Below are positions 50,666-63,226 of a stretch of DNA of 64,000 nt, piece after piece. The stretch is taken from positions 1,302,001 to 1,366,000 of the forward strand of contig JBLDXI010000009.1 in NCBI GenBank assembly GCA_047495785.1, read 5' to 3'. The stretch's first letter is position 1; each line of letters opens with the position of its first letter. This DNA comes from Lepidodermella squamata. Taxonomy: Eukaryota > Animalia > Gastrotricha. Made by a program: the position numbers and the translations under genes. Below the pieces are notes generated by a model. It had not been told where the DNA came from. It made no database searches and saw only the letters and a program-made list of their open reading frames with translations.

Positions 50666-52301
50666 ATGGAGAAGGCTGCCGAGGACGTTCTGTCAATTTC
50701 TGGTGACTTTTTGAAAACTTGGTGGTACTTGTTGGCTCCGGTTGTAATCCTATTATACGGTTCGCATGTGTACATTTTCGATTGGTTCCGTCGCCTCCCA
50801 CCTGGACCGCGGCCTCTCCCATTCGTAGGTAAGGATTACCTTTCATTTACATTTTTTCACGGATTTTATTTAATTTTTTAAAAGGAACCACGTACCTTAT
50901 GGATGACGATATTCGAAAGAAGCCTTGGTGGCTGTTCGATGAGCTTGGCAAGAAGTATGGCCCGATCTATTCGTTCTACTTCGGCCAAATGCGGCTAATT
51001 AACCTGAATTCTCCGGAACTAATTCGAAAGGCGCTTGTTTCCAAGGCGAAGCAATTCAGCTACCGCCCGCATTCATTCATGCCTGGTTACGAAGACCTAC
51101 CACCAGCTCTTGCCATAACTGCTGATGGCGAGGCATGGGTCAGAAATCGCCGCTTTGCCCATAAAGGCCTGAAAGAATTCGGTCTCGGTACGAATGTAAT
51201 GGTAAGTAAAGTTCAAGACGAAGCTCAAGCGTTAGTTCAAGAACTTGACCGGCGAGTCGGAACGGTCGAGACGAAGCTGCGAGACCTTCTTCAATTCGCT
51301 GTATCAGACATTGTCTACGCTTTGGTTTTCGGAGAACGCGTCGACTACGATGACCCAACTTTTGTCGAGGTTGTCGATCTGCTGACAACGTTTTTCGAAA
51401 GGCCCTTCAAAGAAAGTGCTGGCCATCTCGCATTTCCATTCCTCGCAAAGCTGAAAGCTACCCCGCAAGCGAATGACCTGAAAAAAGTTGACATTTACGT
51501 TAAGAAAATGCTTGAGAAGGCTATCACGGAGCGACGACAAGTGTTCAGCCCTGACAATATCCGCGATTTCATCGACTTGTACTTGGCTGACGAGGATAAG
51601 AATGGCATCTCTCCTGATACTTTCGTTTCAATTACACGTGACTTTCTCGCGGGCGGAACTGAGACAACAGCGACGACTTTGAACTGGACCATTCTGTACT
51701 TCTGCCAATGGCCGGAGTATCAGAGAAATTGTCAAGAAGCTATCGATCGAGTTATCAAAACGGATAGCATGCCGGGCTTGGAGGATAGGAAGAATCTGGT
51801 CTATATCGATGCGATAATGTGCGAAATTTTACGGCATGTCACAGTCGCTCCTAGCAGTTTGTTCCATGCTACAAAATTCAGCCCTGTCGAGTTCGAAGGT
51901 AATTTACTGAAACCTTATCCGAGCTAGTTTGTAATTATTTTGTGTTTAAAGGTTATGTAATTCCTCCCAACACTGCAATCCAGTATAACATTTGGTCAGT
52001 TCACTACGACAAGGACTATTGGAAAGACCCGGAAGTTTTCCGACCAGAGCGGTGGATTGCTGACGATGGCTCTCTGCTCACCCATTCGTCCCATTTCATG
52101 CCATTTGGCGTTGGCCCGAGAATTTGTGTCGGTGAGCAGCTAGCTCGCATGGAGTACTTCATTTTCTTCGTCGCAATTCTGCAGCGATTCAGCTTCTCTT
52201 TTCCAAGTAAAGATTATACGGTCGATTTCAATGCCGGTCGATTCAATCTTACCCACATTCCACCGCCTTATGATGTTCTCATCACTCGACGTCAATTTTA
52301 A
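50666..52301 (+). CDS. Cytochrome P450, CYP2 clan (CYP-D); 3 exons
   Basis: PPGP, WVRNRR, GGTETT, EILR, PERW, PFGVGPRICVG. Confidence 0.95.
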
Positions 52302-53144
52302 ACAAGACAATCTGACAAGACAAGACAAGTCTTAAAAATAATTCTTTATCAAAGATCGACCACCATTCATTCGATAATTTTGCAATAAAGTTGGCGTGAA
52401 ATATATACTCTAACCCATTACTCATTAATGATTGGTAACTTGATGAATTTGCATGATTTCATATGATGTATTCCTGAGATTTGTTTACCAGGTCTTTATA
52501 ATGCGGTTTTTGCGGTGAGATAGGAATAAGGCAATTCGAAAATGGAGATGAATTTAAATGGAAAATGGATTAGATGGAGAATGTACAATGGAAGTTTCAC
52601 CAGCAGATTTTCCTCTCCTGGCCGATTTTCACGTGTAAAATTTTCATGAAAATCATCGTCCTAAATTTTGCGAGCTGGTTCATTCTCGAGTGAAATAGTT
52701 ATGCGCCACTTCGTCTCGATCTTTTTTACTTGGATAGAACAAATTGATTTAATCGGTTTTCCTCAAGGATTTGACATTGGTAATATGAGGCGCAGCCGAG
52801 TGTAATGAACGCGAAGACAAAAGCTTCACAATTTTCGAAGTTTTTTCCACTGTTACACTACTTACACTATTACACGAGAATTTTCAAACATTTTCCTTAG
52901 GTATTATTATTATTATTATGTTTATCGACCGCAATGACCGTAATTACTGCTAAAATACTATTACTATAATAGAAACTGCGCTAACGTCGCCTGTAGTATA
53001 CTGCCATACAAATGACAGCCTGAAATATTAGAATTGACACGCACACGTCGGAAACACGTTTCCATCACATCACAGCGAGATCACACTGTTTGTTAGCTGG
53101 TTCGAAATTTACCTCATTTCATTTTCGAAATTCACACCTGAAAG

Positions 53145-54620
53145 ATGTTGCTTGTCATCGGTGCGATTGCCGCGTCAGTCCTAGCCCTGAATTACATCAA
53201 AGTATACCTCAGCGACAAAAGATACCGACTCCCTCCTGGCCCTACGCCAGTTCCATTCTTCGGAAATCTCTTTCATCTATTCGCTGATGGGAAGAAGCCT
53301 GTGCTATGGAAAACCTTCGCGGAACTAGCCAAAAAGTACGGCGATGTTATAACGTTCTACATGGGCCCTATTCGAGTGATCGGCCTGAATGACGCCAAAA
53401 TCATCCACCATACTTTGGTCGATCAAAGCAAGACATTCAGCTGGCGGCTCGATCGATTAATCCCAGGCTTCGAAACGGCTGGAAACGGCATAGTTCTCGC
53501 AAACCACGAAATATGGCGCAAACACCGCCGTTTCGGACTGAAAGCCATGCGAGATTTCGGAATGGGCAAGGAAGTCATGGTCGTTAAAATTCAGGAGGAA
53601 GCTCGTCATCTGCTGACTGAGTTCGAAAATGCTCTTCGATCGGGAAAGCCATTCAATCCTCAGTCGATTATTGTTAACGCGGTATCTAACATGATTTGCT
53701 CACTGGTTTTCGGGGATCGCTTCGAGTTGAAAGATGCGAGGTTTTTGAGGTTGGTCAAATATGTCGAGACCTTGGTCGGCAAATCACATGCTGAGAGTAC
53801 ATTATTCATAGTATTTCCTTGGTTATCTAAAATCGCAAGACCCAGCCAGATGAAGATTTTCCATCTACTGAAGCAGGAGGTTCAAGAACTTCTAGCTACT
53901 TCAATTGACGATCACAAGAAAGACCATGACCCGGAAAATATTCGCGATTTCCCCGATCTTTTTATCGAACAGCAATTGAATGGCGACCCGCTTGACCTTG
54001 ACGAATTCGTTGACATCATGATTGACATGTTTGTGGCTGGAACTGATGCAACGACAAACTCAATCCACTGGACTTTGCTGTATTTGACACTGTATCCTGA
54101 CATTCAAAAGCGCTGCCAGGATGAAATAGATAGCGTTATTGATACAGATCGATTGCCAACCTCAAGTGACCGGCCTCGGCTGGTCTACCTCGACGCAGTC
54201 ATGCATGAGGTGCTGCGGCATGCCACGATTATTCCGACCAATTTGATGCATTCAAACGTGGGCGAGCACGGCCAAATCGCTGGCTACGACGTTCCGCCAA
54301 ATTCCTTCGTGCTGTACAACACAACAGCGTTACACCACAACGCAGAGTATTGGAAAAATCCGGACGTATTCGACCCGGATCGATGGATTGATGAAAACGG
54401 GAAATTACTGCTCCATTCGTCGCATTACATGCCGTTCGGCATCGGCCCGCGTGTTTGCCTCGGTGAAGGCCTTGCCAAAGTTGAGTATTTCATATTCGTG
54501 GTCGCCATTTTACATCGGTATAACATCCGATTGGCTACACCAGGTGCTCGAGCTGAAGACGGTAGCCACGGTCTGGTGCACAAGCCGCCATATTTTGAAA
54601 TCGCAATTGAAAACAGATAA
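53145..54620 (+). CDS. Cytochrome P450, CYP2 clan (CYP-E); single exon, 491 aa
   Basis: Complete uninterrupted ORF with PPGP, WRKHRR, AGTDAT, EVLR, PDRW, PFGIGPRVCLG. Confidence 0.96.
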   Translation: MLLVIGAIAASVLALNYIKVYLSDKRYRLPPGPTPVPFFGNLFHLFADGKKPVLWKTFAELAKKYGDVITFYMGPIRVIGLNDAKIIHHTLVDQSKTFSWRLDRLIPGFETAGNGIVLANHEIWRKHRRFGLKAMRDFGMGKEVMVVKIQEEARHLLTEFENALRSGKPFNPQSIIVNAVSNMICSLVFGDRFELKDARFLRLVKYVETLVGKSHAESTLFIVFPWLSKIARPSQMKIFHLLKQEVQELLATSIDDHKKDHDPENIRDFPDLFIEQQLNGDPLDLDEFVDIMIDMFVAGTDATTNSIHWTLLYLTLYPDIQKRCQDEIDSVIDTDRLPTSSDRPRLVYLDAVMHEVLRHATIIPTNLMHSNVGEHGQIAGYDVPPNSFVLYNTTALHHNAEYWKNPDVFDPDRWIDENGKLLLHSSHYMPFGIGPRVCLGEGLAKVEYFIFVVAILHRYNIRLATPGARAEDGSHGLVHKPPYFEIAIENR

Positions 54621-57600
54621 TCAGCAGTATTTTAATGCGACAATAAAACTTATTTTTTTGTAGTATACCTGTGAAACGCGAGATAATGTTAAGCTAGGTT
54701 CACGAACTTTGCGACTGCGCGAAATAATCGAAATAAAATCTAAACAATTTTCTATCAAATGTGTGGGGTTCTCTTCCGAATATGTGGGGTTCTCTTCCGA
54801 AAATAATCAAAATAAAGCCTATAGCTTATAGCCTATAGCCTATACCTACACGAATAAACCAGTGTTTTCATGGTCAGCCTTTGATCTTGAGCGGTCGTTT
54901 TATTATTATTAATGACTACTCGACTACTCACTCAAAACAGGCGATTTTCCTTGGAGGAACAGACATTACTCCTATCACTCCAAGCGATTTTCACCCTCGC
55001 GACGCGACATGCGACAAAATCCATTGTTCTTTCTGTCCCTCGCTGTTACGCAACGGCCGCCCAGCCCTATTGTTCGGGCGCGTCGCTGAGTCCGTGAACA
55101 CCCTAGCGTGTTGTCGCCCATTTTGGCGAATTTCTCAACAACAAGCCATATGTCATTCGACAGGGAAGATTCAAGTAAATGTATCTCGAAATGATAAACA
55201 GTATATGAAATACATAGTGTGCAAACCAAATTTACTTGGGAAAAATGTTAGCTGCGCAGATGCGCAGACGCGGAATCGAATGTACACCCTCACAAGAACT
55301 GCTTGTCTCTTCACATCACTCGGCACTCATTTTTGACGCCGTATATTCTTATTTTGGTGAGCTTGGCGGCTAGCTGCCCCTCTTGCCACCAAGAATCTCA
55401 AGAAATCCGTATTCAGGGAGTTCAACTCGGGTTCTAACGGGACGAGGATGCGCTGCGCCGTTGTTTTCAGCTCGAATCAGCTATGCTGCTGGAATTTCCG
55501 TCTCCTAAGCCCCACGATCTGCCGAGTCAGTAACTATCGTTTGATCACCAAGACATGGATCTCCTTGCACTCATGTAAGGCATATTTTATAATTGCCGTT
55601 AATACATAAAATGGAAATAATGCAACTAAAGCAGTTTTAACGGCGACCTGGAAATGTTTTCCGCTTTCGAAACACAGAGAAAAAGTCGCTTCGCTTCCGC
55701 CGATTTTTACGGACATTACGCAGCATTCGGGGCGTTATCTTTGCTACTGCCTCGGCGATGCGCTGTTAAGGTCTTCAAGCGATCGAGTCGGCAAACCGTT
55801 GTATACTTGAAATTGCACATAACCCCGCAAGACGACGCCCAATGCCTAGTCAAATCAGTTGGATTAGAAAGTGATATTTAATTACAGTTAAATTGGTTGG
55901 TTTATTTTCCAGATACAAGGTTATTACCTTTTTTGCGCGTTTGACCTCATTGCATGAATCTTTATGAACATTCGTTGTCCCAGAAAATTTTGCTAACCTT
56001 CAAGTCGTCAAATGATTGCTGAGTTTTTCAAATGAAAAATATTTCTCGCGGGCAATACGAGCATATTATTCTGCTGAAAGAGCTTCTTGATACCAGTTAG
56101 AAGGTAATGAGTATAGAATTTTAGGTGTAGGTACGATGAATTTAAACATCACATGCATTCTGTCATATCTATCTTGAACCTCGTGATTTAATTTACCGGT
56201 TTATCAAAAGCGATCTGCTAAAACTAGTGATAATGATTGAAGGTAGAGGATGCAATTGAAGCAGCAGAATATCAGCAGAATTAGCAATGATATAGCATCG
56301 GCGATAAAGGGTGTAAGACAGATTTTTTCAGTGTTCCACTTTATAACGTCCGTATAATGCTGCCTATCATTCATTGCTGCGGTTTTTTGCCTCGTGCACG
56401 AATCGTGACAGGCTATATTTAGGCTCATATTATTTTACGGACACTGTGTAAACACTCTATACAAAGCTTACTTTGAACTGGAAATTTTTTGAATGTGGTT
56501 ATCTTAAAAAAAAACGCCACACGTAATTTCTACCAGAACCATTCTCATTCAAAAAGCTGAACAGCGGATTGAGAACTAACGTTTTTTGGACATTCTCCAA
56601 CATCAAGAATGATTGAAGCATTTTTGCACACTGCAGCTTCTTCGCTGAAATCATGGTGGTATTTGGTACCACCCTGTGCGTTCTTCCTATATGGAAGTCA
56701 ACTCTACATAATTGACTGGTTTCGGAGACTCCCGCCAGGGCCGCATCCTCTTCCCTTCATTGGTAAATATCCCAGCCGAAGTTTCAAGGCTCTGTTCTTA
56801 TTTCCTATTATTATCAGGCACGTTTTATCTGTTAAGTGATGACATCAGACAGAAACCTTGGCGGCTATTCAAAAAATTGGGCGATGAATACGGTTCAATT
56901 TATACATTCTATTTTGGTCAAATTCGCACGGTTGTCCTGAACTCCTCCGATGTCATTCGGAAAGCCCTGATATCACAAGCGAAGGAATTCGGCTACCGCA
57001 CCGACTCATTTATGCCTGGGTTCAGTTCTATAACGTTTGGAATAATTGGTGCAGATGGCGAACTTTGGATTAAATATCGTCGGTTCGGCCACAAGGGCTT
57101 GCGAGACTTGGGAATGGGGACTAATGTCATGGTGACTAAGGTTCAGGACGAAGCTGCTGCCCTCTGCGCAGAAATTGATAGCCGCATCCTCGGCAAAGTC
57201 GAACACAACTTTGACAAAATCTTTCAAACCAGTGTTTCTGACGTGATTTATTCCATGTGTCTGGGCCAGCGGTTAAATTACGACGACCCCAAGTTCACCG
57301 AGCTGCTACGATTGACTACTACCTTTTTCGAACGGCCGTTCAAAGAAAACGCCATTTTCTTCGCAGTGCCTATCGCCGCGAGGTTCAAACTTCCACCGCA
57401 GATTGTCGATATCAAGAAAATTGAGAACTACGTTCTCAAGCTGGTCAGTGAAGCTGTCGAAGAACGCAGACCTGTTTTCCATCCTGATAACGTGAGAGAT
57501 TTTGTCGATCTTTATTTAAGTATGGACGATAAGACGGGAGTGTCCGTGGAAACGTTCGCCGCTATCATGAAGGACATGCTGCTAGCCGGCTCAGAAACCA

Positions 57601-57925
57601 CGGCTACAACCATTCTCCAGACCGCCGCAGCTGATTGGCCAAAAAAATGAAATTTTGTCATTTATTAAAATTTGAAAACACTCGATTTTAGAAATACAAC
57701 GACATATATCTTGCCTAAATATACAAGAATTTTTGATTTTACAAATGGCGGTCACCACGAAGACGCGTTCGTTTTACGGATGCTTCCGCTTTCCTCGCCG
57801 ACGGACAACGTTATCCTGGGTTTTAGTGCTTCAGAGGTCGTAATCGTCACTCATATGCAATTTGAATGCTGTTTTTTGCTATCAAACTATGATCCACATC
57901 ACATATCAGCATTTTCATTAAAGAA

Positions 57926-59904
57926 ATGTCCAGTGTTGTTAAAGACAAGTGGATAGAAGAGTTTTTTGGTGACGAATATGCGAGTTTTAAGAAGCATGGC
58001 GAACTTTACCTCAAGTTTAATCGAGTTCGAAGTATATGCTACGACGGTGACACAGGACACGTAAATGGAAGTGTCTGGTCTTCATATCGGACGCATTCTT
58101 ATTCGGTGGAAGTATGTTTTCTCAATTAATAGTTAACAATTAATCATAAGATTTCTTCGAAGATGGATCTGGATGACAAGCTCGGCATTAAGAATGCTAC
58201 GTGTGGCTGCAAGCGTGGACTAGGACGTTGCAAGCACAAGGCTGCAGTGATGATGGCGGTCAAGTCATCGTTTTCAAAAACTGACAGGGCCTGGAGGAAG
58301 TTTTTCGAGGATATACCTAGCCTCGAGGGGAAAACGATTGAAATGCTCTTTCCTCCTAGGCAAACAGTTAATTTTCTTGAATAGCTTGTATAAAATCACC
58401 TAAAACACATATTTATTAACAGGTTTCTATCCCTCGCGAAGTTAAATTGAATGCTCTAACGAAGTTTTATTTGAGTCTTCAGAAAATAACGCGCCCTGTT
58501 CCGTACCTATTTCTTGTTACAAAGTTTGACGCAATTGTTTCGGACCCAATCGCTTTTGTTTATCTGCCTGAGGGTATTCGCCGCATTTGGGGCTGTACCG
58601 ATCCTTGTTCAAAATGCAACAAACACGATCGTGATCGTCTGAACGATCTGAGAAATTTGTTGCAAGTAAGCCCAAATCATCAACAGCTTGTCGCATTTGT
58701 GACCACGGGACAGCGTGATGAGCCGATGTGGTTTCGCGTTCGAGTCGGCAGACTTACATCTTCGATGATTCATGCAGTGTTCAACACCGTCAAATCGAAG
58801 AAATTTCTTGAGACTGGAGAGATGCCGAAATCAATGAAGAAGGTTTTCGGAAAATCCGATCTTAAAGTAAGAATTTTCTAGCTAATCATAAGTGAAGCCG
58901 TCAATTCAAGGAAAAGCTAAGAGATAGGTTACAATCGATGTTCTTTCGATGAGTTACTCTGCATTGTAGGCCGGGTTTCGTAAGGTCAAAGTCCAAAGCA
59001 TGATTCACGCTATTGAAATAATGCAGTTAGTTGTTAGCATATTTTTTCAAATTCTTCAGATTCTCCAGATTATTTAAATTTATCTTGATAATTCTGGGTT
59101 ATTTCAATAGTGGAATTTCTAAAATAGTTTGAAAAATCTGAAAAATTTGAAAAATAAGACTACACATAGAACGTTACAGAATAGTGCTATTTTTAACCGT
59201 CGCGCGCTATTTTTAGAGTTGTACTTTGACCCTGCAAACCCGGCCTACAATTTATTTATTTTACGTTCAATCATTACCTCGTGAACATTACGCATGATTC
59301 CCTCGTTATAGGTTTATTATTTTGTTATGTGAAAATTCGATTCAAGTATCGAAATGCTTAGAATGTGAAAGCGGTAAGATACGGCGTGCAGCACGAGAGT
59401 GATGGCATTGCTGCTTTTGAGAAGCTTGGTTTTGGTTCTTCTAAACACACCGGCATCTGGTTGCACTCATCGGGAATTTTCGGCGCCAGCCCTGATGGTT
59501 TAGTGCGAGATGACGCTATTTTAGAGGTTGAAGCTTTTTTTATTAATTTATTCTTAAAAATAGCTTGTTTTTGATAGGTCAAATGTTTGTTCTCCTGCAG
59601 GCCATCAAAGAAGCGAGCCGTAACTTTGACTGGTCAAATTCGAGCTGGTAAAGTGCCAGCCATCAAGTATTTGCGCGGCAAATATCACTTACAAGAGCGG
59701 CATCCCTGGTTTCACCAAATACAGGCGACACTGGTTTGCACGGGTCGACGAATTGCGTATCTTTTGCTGTGGACTCCTGATCAGCAATTGCTACTAACAA
59801 TACAAAAAGACGAAACCTGGGCGAACTCGGTCGATTTAATAATTGAATTTTATTGGCGCAATTTTTTTCCGTCATCTTTCAAAGTCTTAAAAGCTATGAA
59901 GTAA
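57926..59904 (+). CDS. Transposon accessory protein: SWIM zinc finger + YqaJ/lambda-exonuclease-like PD-(D/E)xK nuclease; 5 exons
   Basis: CGCKRGLGRCKH (SWIM); WFRVRVGRLTSS, YGVQHE, GASPDG, LE|VKC across an intron, HQIQ; exon phases are consistent. Confidence 0.85.
58963..59251. mobile_element. Foldback/MITE nested in intron 3 of the YqaJ gene
   Basis: attgtaggccgggtttcgtaaggtcaaagt versus reverse complement of right end attgtaggccgggtttgcagggtcaaagt; further imperfect symmetry internally (about 59041-59075 versus 59121-59156). Confidence 0.75.
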
Positions 59905-60034
59905 ATGTATTTAAAGACATAATATTTTGAAATGAAAGCAATTTTCATACAAATAAAAGTATAAAAAATGCACAAACTGTTTGTACCGGGTATAAAGTCG
60001 GCAGCTGAGAAAGACGAAGTGTTTAAGAGACAGA

Positions 60035-61674
60035 TTATTTCATCGTGACTACAATACGGGCTGTTGACAATGACATGAAGGCATCACTCATCTCATTTAT
60101 AATGGGTCTTTCCAAGTTCACAAGTGATGCCACGACGCGGACAATCGCTGTTGCATAAGGCCAAGTATTCAAATGAAAATACTGTAATATTTCATAAAAT
60201 TTCATTCGCCCGATCGCTCTCTCTATATGCACGCGGTTCCGCGCAACCTGCCTGGTATGTTCTATTTCATCTAAAGTAAATTGAGGTAAAAAAGCAAAGG
60301 GAGGTATGTTACATCCGACATGTCGGGGCAAGATATCCTCAATCAAGAAACCCTTATCGGCTAAAATAAAATGACCGGGATCTTTAAGATGCTTCAAAAG
60401 ACCGCCGTGAATGACAACTTTCTTATCACTAGTACTGCCCGGAAATAAAGGTGACACAAAATTAATAGTACCACAAGGGGCGATTGAAACTAGTAGTTTG
60501 AGCGTAGTGCCACCACGATAAGCGCTATACATTGGTTGTTTCAAGTTTAGATCTTTTCTGGGCTCGTCGCAAAAGAAATCAGTACAATCGATTATAAAAG
60601 TTGTCATTTCTAGAGAAGGTTTGAAGGAATTGGGCACAAAACTTGGATTTGTCGATTGCTCCAACGGAGGAGGTAATAAGAAGGCGTGGCTTAGCAGGTC
60701 GTCAAGAACCAAAATAGTGCTATTAAAAACATCCGCAGCAACGGTTTCAGAAATATCAAACATGTTAGCCAAAGTGTGATTTTTATGATTGAACCTCAGT
60801 TTAGCTAGAGTGAGATATAATTGATCACGAATCGGAAGAATTGAACATTTATATGGGAAATAATCTTTAACATCATCAAGCAGACCATGTAGCGCATCAA
60901 AAGTTTGCAAATCTACCATTCCTATTTCTTCAAGAAAATGCTTTTCTCCTCGTTCGAAACACTGTTGAGCAAACGACCATCGCGGCAAATCAGGATTAAC
61001 AGGAGTTGGCTTATATCCTACATAAATTGTCGAAGAAGCACCAGCAATAAGGCTGACCTCTTTTTGTAGTTGACCTTGCGTAACTTCCTCCAGAGGGACC
61101 ACCGTTGCTGCCACGTTATCAACATCGATTGGTTCAGAAACAACTTCACTCAATTCGTGCGTTTGTTGCGTTTCCCCCGAATCATGAGCAGCATTCAAGT
61201 CCATTGCTGCAAAAAGATCGCAAGGGTATGCGGTTGCTTCCTCCTGAGTCATTCCAGTTGCCATGGATGAAACGAAGTAGGCGTGCTCAGTCGCAATGGT
61301 GGGAACAGTATAAGAATGATCCGGAGGTAGAACTCTAAATTTATATAAAAATGTATTCAAATAGGGACCGATTAATTCCACTATCTAAGACATACCTAAA
61401 TTTATGCGGTGGCGATAATGATTTTTCCCCGGAAAGATCCATGAGCCCTCGATAGTGTACATCACATGCGCGATAGCCCCTTTTCCGAGCCTTCTCTGGA
61501 GTAACGCCTGTAATTCTAAACAAAAATGAATCACGGTCACTCAAAAATCATAGCAACACACTTAAGATATTTCAACCATTCAGCAGCTTCGCTTTCATTC
61601 TTTGGAAGTTTGACTCTGTGCAATCCTTTTCCACGAACTTGACAACTTCGATGGCAACAGTATGGAGCATTCAT
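60035..61674 (-). CDS. Transposase: THAP zinc finger + HTH + DDE_Tnp_4-type catalytic domain; 3 exons
   Basis: Spliced MNAPYCCHRSC...LP...W...CDVHY...VPTI (THAP); DQLYLTLAKLR...LANMFDIS (HTH); triad IIDCTD / LADKGF / VHIERAIGRMK. Confidence 0.9.
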
Positions 61675-63226
61675 GTTTATTAACATCACGAAACCCTAAA
61701 AAACATAAGTCATTGAAAACTTTGCCTGCGAGCCGTTCGTCAGGCTGTGTACTCTAATTGTAAAACTAATGTTGCGGAGAAAAACGCGTCTCCTCACTTC
61801 AAAGTTGCTAAACTGCTGGTCAATGAGTGTCTCGAACAGGTCAGCAACTCAACGCCAGATCGGCCGCTGAATCCTAAACGTCTCCGTAGAGATCGCCAGC
61901 CGGCAAAACCAAATGACCTTGCAATTTTGAAAATTTACATCTTTTTATTAATAACGTTTATTTTTCATTAGAAATTGATAATTTTATTTCGATTTTATTT
62001 TTTAATGCAAAAAACTGCGGCGACGGTCTGGAGAATGGGTTGGTCTATTCTCTACTTCTGTAAGTGGCCGGAACTCCAACGGAAATGCCAAGAAGCTATA
62101 GATCAAGTGATAAAGACCGATAGCATGCCAACTTTGGACGATCGGAAAAAGTTGGTCTACATCGATGCCGTTATGTGCGAAATTTTGCGATATGTAACAA
62201 TTGGGCCTAGTTCGTTATTCCACGCAACTAAACATGCCACAGTCGAATTTGAAGGTGAACTTAACATTCCACCCTTTTAAGTGATTTATACTTGTTTAAA
62301 CTAGGTTATCGGATCCCCCCTGACACCTGCATTCAATATAACATCTGGGCAGTTCATCACGATGAGAAGTACTGGAAAGATCCTGAAGTTTTTCAACCTG
62401 AACGTTGGATCGATGATAATGGATCGTTATTGAATCATACGACGCATTTCATGGCTTTTGGAGTTGGACCTAGAATATGCCTAGGCGAACAGCTTGCTCG
62501 ACTGGAATATTTTATTTTTGTGGTTGCAATGCTTCAGCGTTATGATTTTTCCTTTCCGACCGAGGATTACGAGGTGGATGAGGACAGTGGCCATCATAAC
62601 GTCACGAACATTCCGCCCAAGTTTGACGTTGTGATCACTCGACGTAATAACTAACATGATTGGTGCTTCAACGCGAATTATGTATATTTTTCGATCGGTT
62701 TTGTCATTTTTCTTTCAAATTTGTCAGCGTTAAGTGTGACCCTATCTATTATGGCTCGCGCGTCTTAATTTTCTATTGCATCCATCACCGGGAAACGAGA
62801 CCGCAGACATTTTACCTTAAAGTGATTAGGTAATTTTCCTGATACTTGTTATATCACTGAATACATTTATCGCTGTGTACTAAAATAAAACCACAAAATA
62901 ACGGCGTGTGATTATTAACCGGAGTGGTGAAGGAAAGGTTGCCTCGTGAAAGGCTATATTGCCTTTAGGCTCATATTTTTTGACGGACATACTGAACAAA
63001 CACTCTACTCAAAGCACAAATTCGAACTGCAAATTATTAGGGATGAAACGAAATTACAATTTTGGCATATTTCTGATTTTATTTTACTACCATCACCTGC
63101 TACGGCGCTCTCGGCGCGATTACATAGCCTCATAGACTTAGAAATTTATGATGCAATCAAAAATGTAAAAAGGCGATACATAACGGTAGAAAAGATAATA
63201 TGCCGTTTCCCTAAAAAGAGTGATGG

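Larger units (their letters stand above)
57614..62034. mobile_element. ISL2EU-type (PIF/Harbinger-related) autonomous DNA transposon, 4421 bp, AT target-site duplication
   Basis: AT|tctccagaccgccgcag ... ctgcggcgacggtctggaga|AT; encodes convergent YqaJ-nuclease and THAP-DDE transposase genes. Confidence 0.9.
56609..62654 (+). pseudogene. Cytochrome P450 (CYP-F, closest to CYP-D) disrupted in the I-helix by a transposon
   Basis: 5' half ends ...AGSETTATT at about 57611; 3' half resumes MGWSILYFCKWPE at 62035 and runs to AFGVGPRICLG and a stop at 62654; removing the insert and one AT restores the frame. Confidence 0.92.

Noticed and set aside
54769-54845. 21-bp tandem duplication (tgtggggttctcttccgaa core, twice) and gcctata repeats
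   Set aside because: Two copies with no spacers indicate local slippage, not a CRISPR-like array
54881-55881. ORFs and coding-like DNA between CYP-E and CYP-F
   Set aside because: Multiple stops and no recognisable motif; may be a decayed element but cannot be supported
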